The position numbers and the translations under genes are program-made. The notes beneath the pieces were generated by a model that did no database searches, was not told where the DNA came from, and saw nothing but the letters and a program-made list of their open reading frames with translations. Of a DNA stretch of 64,000 nt, positions 63,551-64,000 are shown piece after piece. Within the stretch, counting starts at the first letter, position 1; each line of letters opens with the position of its first letter. Source of the DNA: Octopus vulgaris (taxonomy: Eukaryota). The stretch spans positions 110,608,001 through 110,672,000 of the forward strand of contig OX597819.1 in assembly GCA_951406725.2 (NCBI GenBank), given 5' to 3'.

Positions 63551-64000
63551 AAACTCACATACACACACATACACACACACACACATTCTCCCACATATAT
63601 ATATGTATGTATGTATGTAAGTATGTATGTATGTATGCTAGACTGATGAAAGTGTGTATAAAGATATATGTGCTTATTTACATGCCTCTGCATATAATTA
63701 GTATGTGTGTATATATATACATATATGTATATGTATATATATATATGTGTAGTATATATATATGTATGTCTATACATACATTGTATATATATGTACATAT
63801 ATATACATATGTATATATATTATATATGTATATATATTGTATATATATAAATATATAGATATATAGACTACATATAGAAATAGCATGTAAACATATATCA
63901 ATAATTACTGTAAATATCCGTGCGGTTATATACACGTCTGAATGTATGTATACCTACCAACATACATGTATACATACATACATACATACATACATACATA

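Overview
This window is AT-rich, microsatellite-saturated eukaryotic DNA with no recognisable host gene. The SINE families and (TA)n/(CA)n density resemble an octopus (cephalopod) intron or gene desert, which is an inference. Nearly all ORF-track entries are translated simple repeats. Real coding content is transposon-derived: a near-intact 5'-truncated Neptune-type Penelope-like element (PLE; RT + GIY-YIG) with a ~530 bp inverted pseudo-LTR, a CR1/L2-group LINE nested in a mariner remnant, 3' fragments of R4/Dong-like, RTE and I-group LINEs, a decayed second PLE, a deleted mariner, a hAT MITE and about 30 tRNA-derived SINE copies. The main unexplained signal is a set of more than a dozen minimal type I hammerhead-ribozyme motifs in short non-coding elements that sit in or beside microsatellites and often have fold-back ends. 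They include a U3-A8 covariant core shared with the PLE, a family with U at core position 6, and a tRNA-headed (Pol III) element carrying a hammerhead. Together they suggest a PLE-driven retrozyme/SINE system. Ribozyme calls were folded by eye and are untested.
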